Origin: Euglena gracilis
Lineage: Eukaryota
Direction: 5' to 3'
Assembly: GCA_039621445.1 (NCBI GenBank)
Contig: CP154954.1
Span: 32,202,012-32,266,011, forward strand
DNA: 64,000 nt
Under the pieces are notes generated by a model that saw only the letters and a program-made list of their open reading frames with translations, had not been told where the DNA came from and made no database searches. A program made the position numbers and the translations under genes. Each line of letters begins with the position of its first letter. Within the stretch, counting starts at the first letter, position 1. Shown piece by piece: positions 37,601 through 64,000 of this stretch.

Positions 37601-40600
37601 GCAAATCCCTTTTGTTGCCCAACTGTTCGAGGGCCCCAAAATAACAAAATCCCTTGTGTTACCCACCCGTTTTGGGGGGGCAAATCCCTTTGGTTGCCCA
37701 ACTGTTCGAGGGCCCCAAAACAACAAAATCCCTTGTGTTACCCACCCGTTTTGGGGGGGCAAAACCCTTTGGTTGGCGAACGGTTCAAGGGCCCCAAAAT
37801 AACAAAATCCCTTGTGTTACCCACCCGTTTTGGGGGGGCAAAACCCTTTGGTTGCCCAACGGTTCGAGGGCCCCAAAATAACAAAATCCCTTGTGTTACC
37901 CACCCGTTTTGGGGGGGGGCAAAACCCTTTTGTTGCCCAACGGTTCGAGGGCCCCAAAATAACAAAATCCCTTGTGTTACCCACCCGTTTTGGGGGGGGC
38001 AAAACCTTTTGGTTGCCGAACTGTTCGAAGGCCCCAAAATAACAAAATCCCTTGTGTTACCCACCCGTTTTGGGGGGGCAATCCCTTTGGTTGCCGAACT
38101 GTTCGAGGGCCCCAAAAAAAAAAAATCCCTTGTGTTACCCACCCGTTTTGGGGGGGCAAAACCCTTTGGTTGCCCAACTGTTCGAGGGCCCCAAAATAAC
38201 AAAATCCCTTGTGTTACCCACCCGTTTTGGGGGGGCAAAACCCTTTTGTTGCCCAACGGTTCGAGGGCCCCAAAATAACAAAATTTCTTGTGTTACCCAC
38301 CCGTTTTGGGGGGGGCAAAACCCTTTGGTTGCCGAACTGTTCGAAGGCCCCAAAATAACAAAATCCCTTGTGTTACCCACCCGTTTTGGGGGGGCAATCC
38401 CTTTGGTTGCCGAACTGTTCGAGGGCCCCAAAACAACAAAATCCCTTGTGTTACCCATTCGTTTTGGGGGGCAAATCCGTTTTGTTGCCCAACTGTTCGA
38501 GGGCCCCAAAAAAACAAAAACCCTTGTGTTAACCACCCGTTTGGGGGGCAAATCCCTTTTGTTGCCCAACTGTTCGACGGCCCCAAAACAACAAAATCCC
38601 TTGTGTTACCCACCCGTTTTGGGGGGGGGGGCAGATCCCTTTGGTTGCCGAACGGTTCGAGGGCCCCAAATCAACAAAATCCCTTGTGTTACCCACCCGT
38701 TTTGGGGGGGGGGGCAAATCCGTTTTGTTGCTCAACAGTTCGAGGGCCCCAAATCAACAAAATCCCTTGTGTTACCCACCCGTTTTGGGGGACAAATCCG
38801 TTTTGTTGCCCAACTGTTCGAGGGCCCCAAAACAACAAAATCCCTTGTGTTACCCACCCGTTTTGGGGGGGGGGCAAATCCCTTTGGTTGCCCAACTGTT
38901 CGAGGGCCCCAAAACAACAAAATCCCTTGTGTTACCCACCCGTTTTGGGGGGCAAATGCCTTTGGTTGGCGAACGGTTCAAGGGCCCCAAAATAACAAAA
39001 TCCCTTGTGTTACCCACCCGTTTTGGGGGGCAAATCCCTTTTGCTGCCCAACGGTTCGAGGGCCCCAAAATAACAAAATCCCTTGAGTTACCCACCCGTT
39101 TTGGGGGGGCAAATCCCTTTGGTTGCCCAACTGTTCGAGGGCCCCAAAACAACAAAATCCCTTGTGTTACCCACCCGTTTTGGGGGACAAACCCCTTTGG
39201 TTGGCGAACGGTTCAAGGGCCCCAAAATAACAAAATCCCTTGTGTTACCCACCCGTTTTGGGGGGGCAAAACCCTTTGGTTGCCCAACGGTTCGAGGGCC
39301 CCAAAATAACAAAATCCCTTGTGTTACCCACCCGTTTTGGGGGGGGGGCAAAACCCTTTTGTTGCCCAACGGTTCAAGGGCCCCAAAATAACAAAATTTC
39401 TTGTGTTACCCACCCGTTTTGGGGGGGGCAAAACCTTTTGGTTGCCGAACTGTTCGAAGGCCCCAAAATAACAAAATCGCTTGTGTTACCCACCCGTTTT
39501 GGGGGGGCAATCCCTTTGGTTGCCGAACGGTTCGAGGGCCCCAAAACAACAAAATCCCTTGTGTTACCCACCCGTTTTGGGGGGGCAAAACCCTTTGGTT
39601 GCCCAACGGTTCGAGGGCCCCAAAACAACAAAATCCCTTGTGTTACCCACCCGTTTTGGGGGGGGCAAAACCCTTTTGTTGCCCAACGGTTCGAGGGCCC
39701 CAAAATAACAAAATTTCTTGTGTTACCCACCCGTTTTGGGGGGGGGCAAAACCCTTTGGTTGCCGAACTGTTCGAAGGCCCCAAAATAACAAAATCCCTT
39801 GTGTTACCCACCCGTTTTGGGGGGGCAATCCCTTTGGTTGCCGAACTGTTCGAGGGCCCCAAAACAACAAAATCCCTTGTGTTACCCATTCGTTTTGGGG
39901 GGCAAATCCGTTTTGTTGCCCAACTGTTCGAGGGCCCCAAAACAACAAAATCCCTTGTGTTACCCACCCGTTTTGGGGGGCAAATCCCTTTTGTTGCCCA
40001 ACTGTTCGACGGCCCCAAAACAACAAAATCCCTTGTGTTACCCACCCGTTTTGGGGGGGGGGGCAGATCCCTTTGGTTGCCGAACTGTTCGAGGGCCCCA
40101 AATCAACAAAATCCCTTGTGTTACCCACCCGTTTTGGGGGGGGGGGGCAAATCCGTTTTGTTGCTCAACAGTTCGAGGGCCCCAAATCAACAAAATCCCT
40201 TGTGTTACCCACCCGTTTTGGGGGACAAATCCGTTTTGTTGCCCAACTGTTCGAGGGCCCCAAAACAACAAAATCCCTTGTGTTACCCACCCGTTTTGGG
40301 GGGGGGGGGCAAATCCCTTTGGTTGCCCAACTGTTCGAGGGCCCCAAAACAACAAAATCCCTTGTGTTACCCACCCGTTTTGGGGGGCAAATGCCTTTGG
40401 TTGGCGAACGGTTCAAGGGCCCCAAAACAACAAAATCCCTTGTGTTACCCACCCGTTTTGGGGGGCAAATCCCTTTTGCTGCCCAACGGTTCGAGGGCCC
40501 CAAAATAACAAAATCCCTTGAGTTACCCACCCGTTTTGGGGGGGCAAATGCCTTTGGTTGCCCAACTGTTCGAGGGCCCCAAATCAACAAAATCCCTTGT

Positions 40601-43244
40601 GTTACCCACCCGTTTTGAGGGACAAACCCCTTTGGTTGGCGAACGGTTCGAGGGCCCCAAACTGACAAAATCCCTTGTGTTACCCACCCGTTTTGGGGGG
40701 GCAAATCCGTTTTGTTGCCCATTTGTTCGAGGGCCCCAAAACAACAAAATCCCTTGTGTTACCCACCCGTTTGGGGGGGGGGGGGGCAAATCCTTTTTGT
40801 TGCCCAACTGTTCAAGGGCCCCAAAATAACAAAATCCCTTGTGTTACCCACCCGTTTTGGGGGGGGCAAATCCGTTTTGTTGCCCAACGGTTCGAGGGCC
40901 CCAAAACAACAAAATCCCTTGTGTTACCCACCCGTTTTGGGGGGGCAAATGCCTTTGGTTGCCCAACTGTTCGAGGGCCCCAAAACAACAAAATCCCTTG
41001 TGTTACCCACCCGTTTTGAGGGACAAACCCCTTTGGTTGGCGAACGGTTCGAGGGCCCCAAACTGACAAAATCCCTTGTGTTACCCACCCGTTTTGGGGG
41101 GGCAAATCCCTTTTGTTGCCCAACTGTTCGAGGGCCCCAAAATAACAAAATCCCTTGTGTTACCCACCCGTTTTGGGGGGGGCAAATCCCTTTTGTTGCC
41201 CAACGGTTCGAGGGCCCCAAAACAACAAAATCCCTTGTGTTACCCACCCGTTTTGGGGGGGCAAATGCCTTTGGTTGCCCAACGGTTCGAGGGCCCCAAA
41301 ACAACAAAATCCCTTGTGTTACCCACCCGTTTTGGGGGACAAACCCCTTTGGTTGGCGAACGGTTCAAGGGCCCCAAAATAACAAAATCCCTTGTGTTAC
41401 CCACCCGTTTTGGGGGGGCAAATCCGTTTTGTTGCCCAACTGTTCGAGGGCCCCAAATCAACAAAATCCCTTGTGTTACCCACCCGTTTTGGGGGGGCAA
41501 ATCCGTTTTGTTGCCCAACTGTTCGAGGGCCCCAAAACAACAAAATCCCTTGTGTTACCCACCCGTTTTGGGGGGGCAAATCCGTTTTGTTGCCCAACTG
41601 TTCGAGGGCCCCAAAACAACAAAATCCCTTGTGTTACCCACCCGTTTTGGGGGGCAAATCCCTTTTGCTGCCGAACTGTTCGAGGGCCCCAAAACAACAA
41701 AATCCCTTGTGTTACCCACCCGTTTTGGGGGGGGCAAATGCCTTTGGTTGCCCAACTGTTCGAGGGCCCCAAAATAACAAAATCCCTTGTGTTACCCACC
41801 CGTTTTGGGGGACAAACCCCTTTGGTTGGCGAACGGTTCAAGGGCCCCAAAATAACAAAATCCCTTGTGTTACCCACCCGTTTTGGGGGGGCAAAACCCT
41901 TTGGTTGCCCAACGGTTCGAGGGCCCCAAAATAACAAAATCCCTTGTGTTACCCACCCGTTTTGGGGGGGGGCAAAACCCTTTGGTTGCCGAACTGTTCG
42001 AAGGCCCCAAAATAACAAAATCGCTTGTGTTACCCACCCGTTTTGGGGGGGCAATCCCTTTGGTTGCCGAACTGTTCGAGGGCCCCAAAACAACAAAATC
42101 CCTTGTGTTACCCATTCGTTTTGGGGGGGCAAATGCCTTTGGTTGCCCAACTGTTCGAGGGCCCCAAAACAACAAAATACCTTGTGTTACCCACCCGTTT
42201 TGGGGAGGCAAATCCCTTTTGTTGCCCAACTGTTTGAGGGCCCCAAAACAACAAAATCCCTTGTGTTACCCACCCGTTTTGGGGGGCAAATCCCTTTTGT
42301 TGCCGAACTGTTCGAGGGCCCCAAAATAACAAAATCCCTTGTGTTACCCACCCGTTTGGGGGGGGGGGGCAAAACCCTTTTGTTGCCCAACGGTTCGAGG
42401 GCCCCAAAATAACAAAATTTCTTGTGTTACCCACCCGTTTTGGGGGGGGCAAAACCCTTTGGTTGCCGAACTGTTCGAAGGCCCCAAAATAACAAAATCC
42501 CTTGTGTTACCCACCCGTTTTGGGGGGGCAATCCCTTTGGTTGCCGAACTGTTCGAGGGCCCCAAATCAACAAAATCCCTTGTGTTACCCACCCGTTTTG
42601 GGGGGGGGCAAATCCGTTTTGTTGCTCAACAGTTCGAGGGCCCCAAATCAACAAAATCCCTTGTGTTACCCACCCGTTTTGGGGGGGCAAATCCGTTTTG
42701 TTGCCCAACTGTTCGAGGGCCCCAAAACAACAAAATCCCTTGTGTTACCCACCCGTTTTGGGGGGGGGGGCAAATCCCTTTGGTTGCCCAACTGTTCGAG
42801 GGCCCCAAAACAACAAAATCCCTTGTGTTACCCACCCGTTTTGGGGGGGCAGATCCCTTTGGTTGGCGAACGGTTCAAGGGCCCCAAAATAACAAAATCC
42901 CTTGTGTTATCCACCCGTTTTGGGGGGGGCAAATCCCTTTGGTTGCCCAACTGTTCGAGGGCCCCAAAATAACAAAATCCCTTGTGTTACCCACCCGTTT
43001 TGGGGGGCAAATCCCTTTTGCTGCCCAACGGTTCGAGGGCCCCAAAATAACAAAATCCCTTGTGTTACCCACCCGTTTTGGGGGGGCAAATGCCTTTGGT
43101 TGCCCAACTGTTCGAGGGCCCCAAAACAACAAAATCCCTTGTGTTACCCACCCGTTTTGGGGGACAAACCCCTTTGGTTGGCGAACGGTTCGAGGGCCCC
43201 AAACTGACAAAATCCCTTGTGTTACCCACCCGTTTTGGGGGGGA
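22669..43244. repeat. 79-bp tandem satellite, about 260 units, with higher-order repeats
   Basis: Unit GTTACCCACCCGTTTTG(6-12)CAAATCCCTTTTGTTGCCCAACTGTTCGAGGGCCCCAAAACAACAAAATCCCTTGT. TATC flanks both ends. Confidence 0.97.
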
Positions 43245-43305
43245 TATCAAGGGTTGTCATGTGGAATTGCGTTCGCCAGCCGTCATGGACGAGGAGATGG
43301 TGTCG

Positions 43306-43764
43306 CACAACTGATGTGTGTTTGTGCTCGCATTTGCACACACAAGCAAATTTTCTTTGTGTGCGCTGAGGCTCGCTCAAACAGCTTATTTTGAAGCTTT
43401 AATCAAATGGTTCTGCGTGCACTTGCGCAAATGCCCGCACAAATGTAATTGTGTTTATTTGCGCAAATGCGCGCACCAACACGCCTATCACGTTCAAAAA
43501 CCTCGTAGGGTCACGGTCCTCCTCAGTGTGCTTTAACACAGACATGTTGTTTGTTGCCTCCCATTGCACAAACCATCCCTATACCAGTTTCCCCAGGGTG
43601 TTGGTTTGCGCATTTGCGCACACAAACAAATTTGTTTGTGGGCGCATTTGCGCCCACAAACGAGTATTTTTCTTGCAATATTTGCGTGTTTATTTGTGCA
43701 AATGCGTCCATAAACAAATTGTTTTTATTTGCGCAAATGCGCGCACAAACACACATCAGTTGTG
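43306..43764. mobile_element. Nested MITE with a 22-bp TIR, rich in TTTGCGCAAATGCGC motifs
   Basis: CACAACTGATGTGTGTTTGTGC ... GCACAAACACACATCAGTTGTG. A related motif cluster lies at 21130-21560. TSD unclear. Confidence 0.7.
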
Positions 43765-44227
43765 TAGTGTGTGATGTAATAGGGCTCTGTGTGTTCTTAT
43801 GGGCGGCTACAGTATTCAAGCCAGTTCAGCACGTCGGCACCAGTTCCAAGTGTCGTAACAGCGGGTTTGTGCTTCTCACCTGTTTGATGTACGAGAGCAC
43901 CAGTCTCACCCTCGGCCTTATTCATATCACTCGGTAAGCAGATGTGCACTAAACTGCTGGCGTTAATCCCCTCCAATAGAGGGGTGTAACGGTTCATAAT
44001 CTGTTTTCTCTGTGTGTCAGGGTACAGGGTCCCAGAAATTTTGCAAAATTTGTGCATTTGCGCAAATGCGCCCATTTCAAAGAAAAAAACTTTAAGTGCG
44101 AATCCGGCCGCCTTAGTGGATGTGTGTCACCGTCCGGTGGATGTGTGTCACCATCCGGTGGATGTGTGTCACCATCCGGTGGATGTGTGTCACCATCCAG
44201 TGGATGTGCGTCACCGTCCGGTGGATG

Positions 44228-44664
44228 AACAGTCAGCAGTACCTCCGGTACCACCCCTCTCATTACCTGGAGTGCTAACGGCACCAACCGCAACAGAGCC
44301 TGTCGCGTCACCGACAATACCTACAGGTGTTTTAGGTGGTGTGCTACAGGGTCTGACCGCGGCGATGTCCGCAATATCAACAGTGCTGACCCCTCGCAGC
44401 TCATCTGCCGCATCCCCACCAGAAACCCAACGGTTTCCTGCTGATGACAGCAGCTCAACAGCCGCACAGGCTGCGGTCACAACTCCAGTGGAGTTGGATG
44501 TATTAGCAGCCACACCAGCTGCGCAAGCACCGCCAACGGCGGATATGCAACCACCCACTGCCAAACCGGCAGCTCAGACACCGCCAACAGCAGAAAGACC
44601 ACTGCCTCTGGCAGACCCCAGAGAGGAATGCCGATATGGCAAGAAATCAAAGCCTCAGGCCTAA
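44228..44664 (+). other. Orphan Ala/Pro/Thr-rich open frame embedded in the 21-bp minisatellite (probable TE or gene fragment)
   Basis: About 145 codons are open (QSAVPPVPP...KKSKPQA*). A-ending codons are frequent, unlike the host exons. No start or splice signal is evident. Confidence 0.35.
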
Positions 44665-45142
44665 ACCCCCAGCCAAAGGCTTACATGTGCGTCACCGTCC
44701 GGTGGATGTGCGTCACCGTCCGGTGGATGGTATTTTTCCAAAAAAATCATGAACAATTGTGAAAATCAGGGGAAATTCATACGAGTGATTTTTTTCTTTT
44801 GCAATTTTATAGCACGATTAATCACGAAAAATCACGGAATCGTCACAAATGAGAATTTGGGGTCCCCGGCACGAAACAGAAGTAAACCCTGCTGTTCAAT
44901 CTATGTGCATGATGTTCCGGTGGATGCGCGTCACTGTCCTTTTTTTGTGTGTCATTGTCCAGTGGATGTGCACACATCCATTGGCCATATGATGTATTTT
45001 TGCAGCACACCTGAGCTCCGCATATTATCTCTTCCAGTTTTATTGAAGTTTGCCAGTGCAGCTCCGGCATGTCAGGCACTGTCCAGTTTCCTCATTAATG
45101 TGGCGGCATCCCCCTCTGCTTCACCTGGACTTCCTCTCGCAG

Positions 45143-61065
<15,923 letters not shown>

Positions 61066-61559
61066 GCCAGTCCCTTCCTTGGTCGCCCCCCGGCCGGGCA
61101 CCATCCGGCAGGGAGGGGCCGGGAAATTGGTAAAATAAAAGGCCCAATTTCCAACACAGAGCTGGTGGTTTTGGATTCCTTGGTATTCCTTGCAGCAGAT
61201 GCGAACTGTCAACATAAGGCAATTCAGTCGCAATTCAGTTGTGGCGCAAGTGCAAACGAAAAAAAACTGTTGCGTTTCAGGAGACCCGAAAATTTTTTTC
61301 TCTGTGCAGCGAATGACAAAAAGAATTTTGTCTGACGACCAACTAAAAAAATGAACCTCCTCAATCGTCCCAGCGCAACCCAATCCCAAATTGAATTTGG
61401 CATTCTGGTTCCAGGGTACGTAAGAGCCCACCGGGGTATGGGGACCAGCCTGCCATGGAGTGCCTTCCACCTTCGGTGGGGCAGTCGCATTGATCGGGAT
61501 TGCCCCCCCTCCCCGCTCCTCCTCCACATATGGACACACAAGAACACACACACACACGC

Positions 61560-61690
61560 ACACACCTCCATGCGAAGCACGGCGCACCCGGGGCGGTTCC
61601 ACCACAGGGCCGTTGGCCCTCGGCGGGTCACACGACGCCAGTCCAGTGTGGCATCGAATGAGGCACCCCATCCGGCGGCCATTCTGTGTT
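61560..61690 (-). CDS. Possible exon of a convergent minus-strand gene
   Basis: AG...FDATLDWRRVTRRGPTALWWNRPGCAVLRME|GT; no family recognised. Confidence 0.2.
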
Positions 61691-61797
61691 CTTTGGTTTT
61701 GCCGCCAAACCCTCGCTGCGTCTGCTTTCACTGCGGAGCCTGCTGTGCACGTTTGGGAGGGTTCGGATGCCGGGCAGTCCTCCCTCCCGGTGGGGGG

Positions 61798-62888
61798 CAG
61801 GGGTTTTCGTAAGCCGGAGGGGACCCTGCCACCCCCCCCCCCCAGGAGGGAAGGGGTCCTTTTTTTCCTTTTTTTTTCCAGCCAGCGGCTCCCAACCCGG
61901 CTGCCGACCCCCCCCCCGCAGAGGCTTTTTTAAGTTCCGTGACCCGGGGGGGGTTTGGTTTGGTATGGCTCGCATACAAGGCGCAGTGCAGCAGGTCAGC
62001 GTGGGCATAGCCAAGCACCACACCGCCCACGGGCACACCAAGTGCCAGCGCCATAGAACAACGACAGGGACTGAAAAAGACAGGGGGGGGGGGGACGAGG
62101 GGTCGGCGTTGAACATCGTACGAGGGACTGAAGGGGGGGCAAAGAGGCGAAGGTGGGGGTGTTCACCTCATCCTGCCCGGTTTGCCGTGCCTTTTGACAC
62201 GTTGCCCCCCTCCCGCCGCGAGGAGGCTGGGCACCGCTGAGGTCTCGGTGGGAGGGACAAAGGGGGGGGGGGTCGTGGCTGACCAGGGGGGTTGGGCTGG
62301 ACACCACACAGCAAGCTGGGCCAGAAGCGAAGTTAGTGCCGGCCATAAACAGACAAGAAGCCTTCGTGCAACTAAGGGGGGGGGGGGGTTGGGCTGGGTG
62401 GGCAACCCGCCAGAGGCGGGGTTTTCTTCTATTTTTGGCGTGAAGAGCCGAAAAAATTTTCCTCCGTCGGCCCCCCCCCCCGGGGGTGGTTGGGTGGGTC
62501 CGGCCCCCCCCTCCGGGTCCTAAAGAAGCCTCTGCCCCCCCCCCCCGAGGAATCTGCTGAAATAAAGGGGCTGGCGGTCCAGCCCAGCGCAGCCAGGCTG
62601 GACCGAAAAAAATTTGGCGCAAAGCGCCGAAAATTTTTTGAAAGAAGGGAGTCGAATTTGGCCAAAAGTGGCATTTTTTGAAGGGTTTCGGGGCCTTTGG
62701 CCACAAATTTTGGCAGAAAAATTCCAACTCACCTGGGTTTGGCCTTTTCCGCCAGGTTTTGCGTATCATCTGATTCCAGCCCGGCAGTTGGCTGGATCCC
62801 CCCCCCTCTGGAGGGGTCCAGCCAGCACCTTTTTCCAGCCGGCCGGATAGACCCCCTCCCCCCCCCGGGTCCTTAAAGAAAACCTCTG
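61798..62888. mobile_element. hAT-like MITE with a nested MITE (61919-62534)
   Basis: GTGGGGGG | CAGGGGTTTTCGTAAG...TTAAAGAAAACCTCTG | GTGGAGGG. The inner element CAGAGGCTTTTTTAAG...CTAAAGAAGCCTCTG sits in a poly-C run. Confidence 0.75.
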
Positions 62889-64000
62889 GTGGAGGGAGGC
62901 GTCTCTGCTTCAGTGCATTTCTTTGGATGGTAAGAGTCTAAGCTCTTAACAGGTTCTGGATTTGCAGCAAAGGACTTGCTGCAAATCCTTCCAGGATTTT
63001 CTTCAGTGGTTGGAGGTTCTGCATGCCCAGGATGCAGCTGGAAGGCCCTTCTGCAATTTTATGCCACTCAGTTGGAACCCCCCATTTCAACGCACGAAAT
63101 CGCTTCTCCCCACTGCCACCAGAACCCTTTTTATGTTTTTATGTTTCCATGGGGTAAGTTTTTTTTTTGAGGTGTCCGCACGGGGGGGATGTCTGTCTGA
63201 CCGCTCGGTCCTCCAAATTCCCATTCTCCCAAATAAAGGTTGCCATTTTGACCCTTCCCCAGTTGGTCAAGTTTCTACACAAATTGGCCACCTTGCCCCT
63301 AAAAAAATTAAAAAAACAAAACAAACGATGCGCATGCCCGGTTGTCCAAAATCATTTCAGATCTTGCTGAAGAGCGACAGTGCGTCAGGCAGAAACCACT
63401 CAGGTGGTGTATCTCGCGTTTAAGCTTTCTTGTGTCATGTGTGTATGTGCGCACACATGTGGACATAAGAAGTTTGAAACTTTTGTTTTAGAGGGTTTTG
63501 GCCCAGGTTTTTGAACTGCTTGTGACACGTCGCCACTCCATTTATTTATTTTTGTAATTTTCCGGTGGTTACACCTGGGGGAATGGTGCAGATTTGGTGT
63601 TTTTGACCCTCCGAATTATGTCGCCAGGTTGTGGAATCGTCGCCGAATTATGTCGCCGAATTATGTCCCCGGCACTGACCTCCCCAAAATGAGAAATTCA
63701 CCAAAAACCACGAAAACCCCGGTCCTTGCCTCCCCCCCCCCCCCGTGTGGCAACGGCCGGCCCCGGGTGATGTTCTGGAGGTGGGGTGGGTCCATCCTTT
63801 TGCTTGCGTTCTGAGGCCCTGCGGCAGGTTGTGGAGATTTTTGAAGCTGGTTACGAAAGGAATGGAAACTCACATGCAACAAACAAAGGGGGTGGAAATG
63901 GACTGTTGGAGAACTCTGTCACCTGGTGGTTGATGAGGGGGATACAGAACACAGGAGGATTGCCACAAGTTACCAGTTGAATTCGGTGGCAAATTGTCCA

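Larger units (their letters stand above)
20492..44112. mobile_element. ~23.6-kb PIF/Harbinger-like element, inflated by an internal satellite array
   Basis: Left end GGAGGCCGGATTCGCATTTAA; right end reverse-complemented GGCGGCCGGATTCGCACTTAA. TTA lies on both sides (20489-91, 44113-15). ATTTGCGCAAAT palindromes are subterminal at both ends, and the 21-bp minisatellite continues on both flanks. Confidence 0.8.

Noticed and set aside
22669-43244. CRISPR-like array (constant part plus variable part)
   Set aside because: The variable parts are near-identical point variants rather than unique spacers. There are no cas genes and the context is eukaryotic.
22591-43394. Long ORFs of up to 1299 aa in the satellite
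   Set aside because: The unit lacks stops in most frames on both strands, and frames switch with G-run length, so these are repeat artefacts.
62890-64000. Further exon-like stretches at ~62960-63050 and ~63810-63980
   Set aside because: Strand and frame could not be determined, and no family was recognised.

Overview
Eukaryotic nuclear DNA, most likely a euglenid (Euglena-like). The evidence is short GC-rich exons, a mix of GT-AG and euglenid-type nonconventional introns, and TTAGGG-like tracts. Homopolymer noise suggests a long-read assembly. Three spliced genes can be traced: a Pro-rich gene (minus, 1-2846), an IQ-motif, possibly LRRIQ1-like gene (minus, ~5.6-15.7 kb) and a ZIFL/ZIF1-like MFS transporter (plus, 45143-~61065, TM1-4 not found). 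The middle of the window is a 21-bp minisatellite split by a ~23.6-kb element with TIRs and a TTA duplication (PIF/Harbinger-like, 20492-44112). That element carries a ~20.6-kb array of a 79-bp foldback satellite with higher-order repeats. The strongest signal is a hAT-like MITE family with CAG/CAT...CTG/ATG ends and 8-bp TSDs. It occurs both as clean insertions in non-coding DNA and, with decayed TSDs, as introns inside coding sequence. The 3-nt + 5-nt offsets of the nonconventional splice signal add up to exactly one TSD. Almost all ORFs in the supplied track are repeat artefacts. All protein-family calls come from remembered motifs, not from searches.
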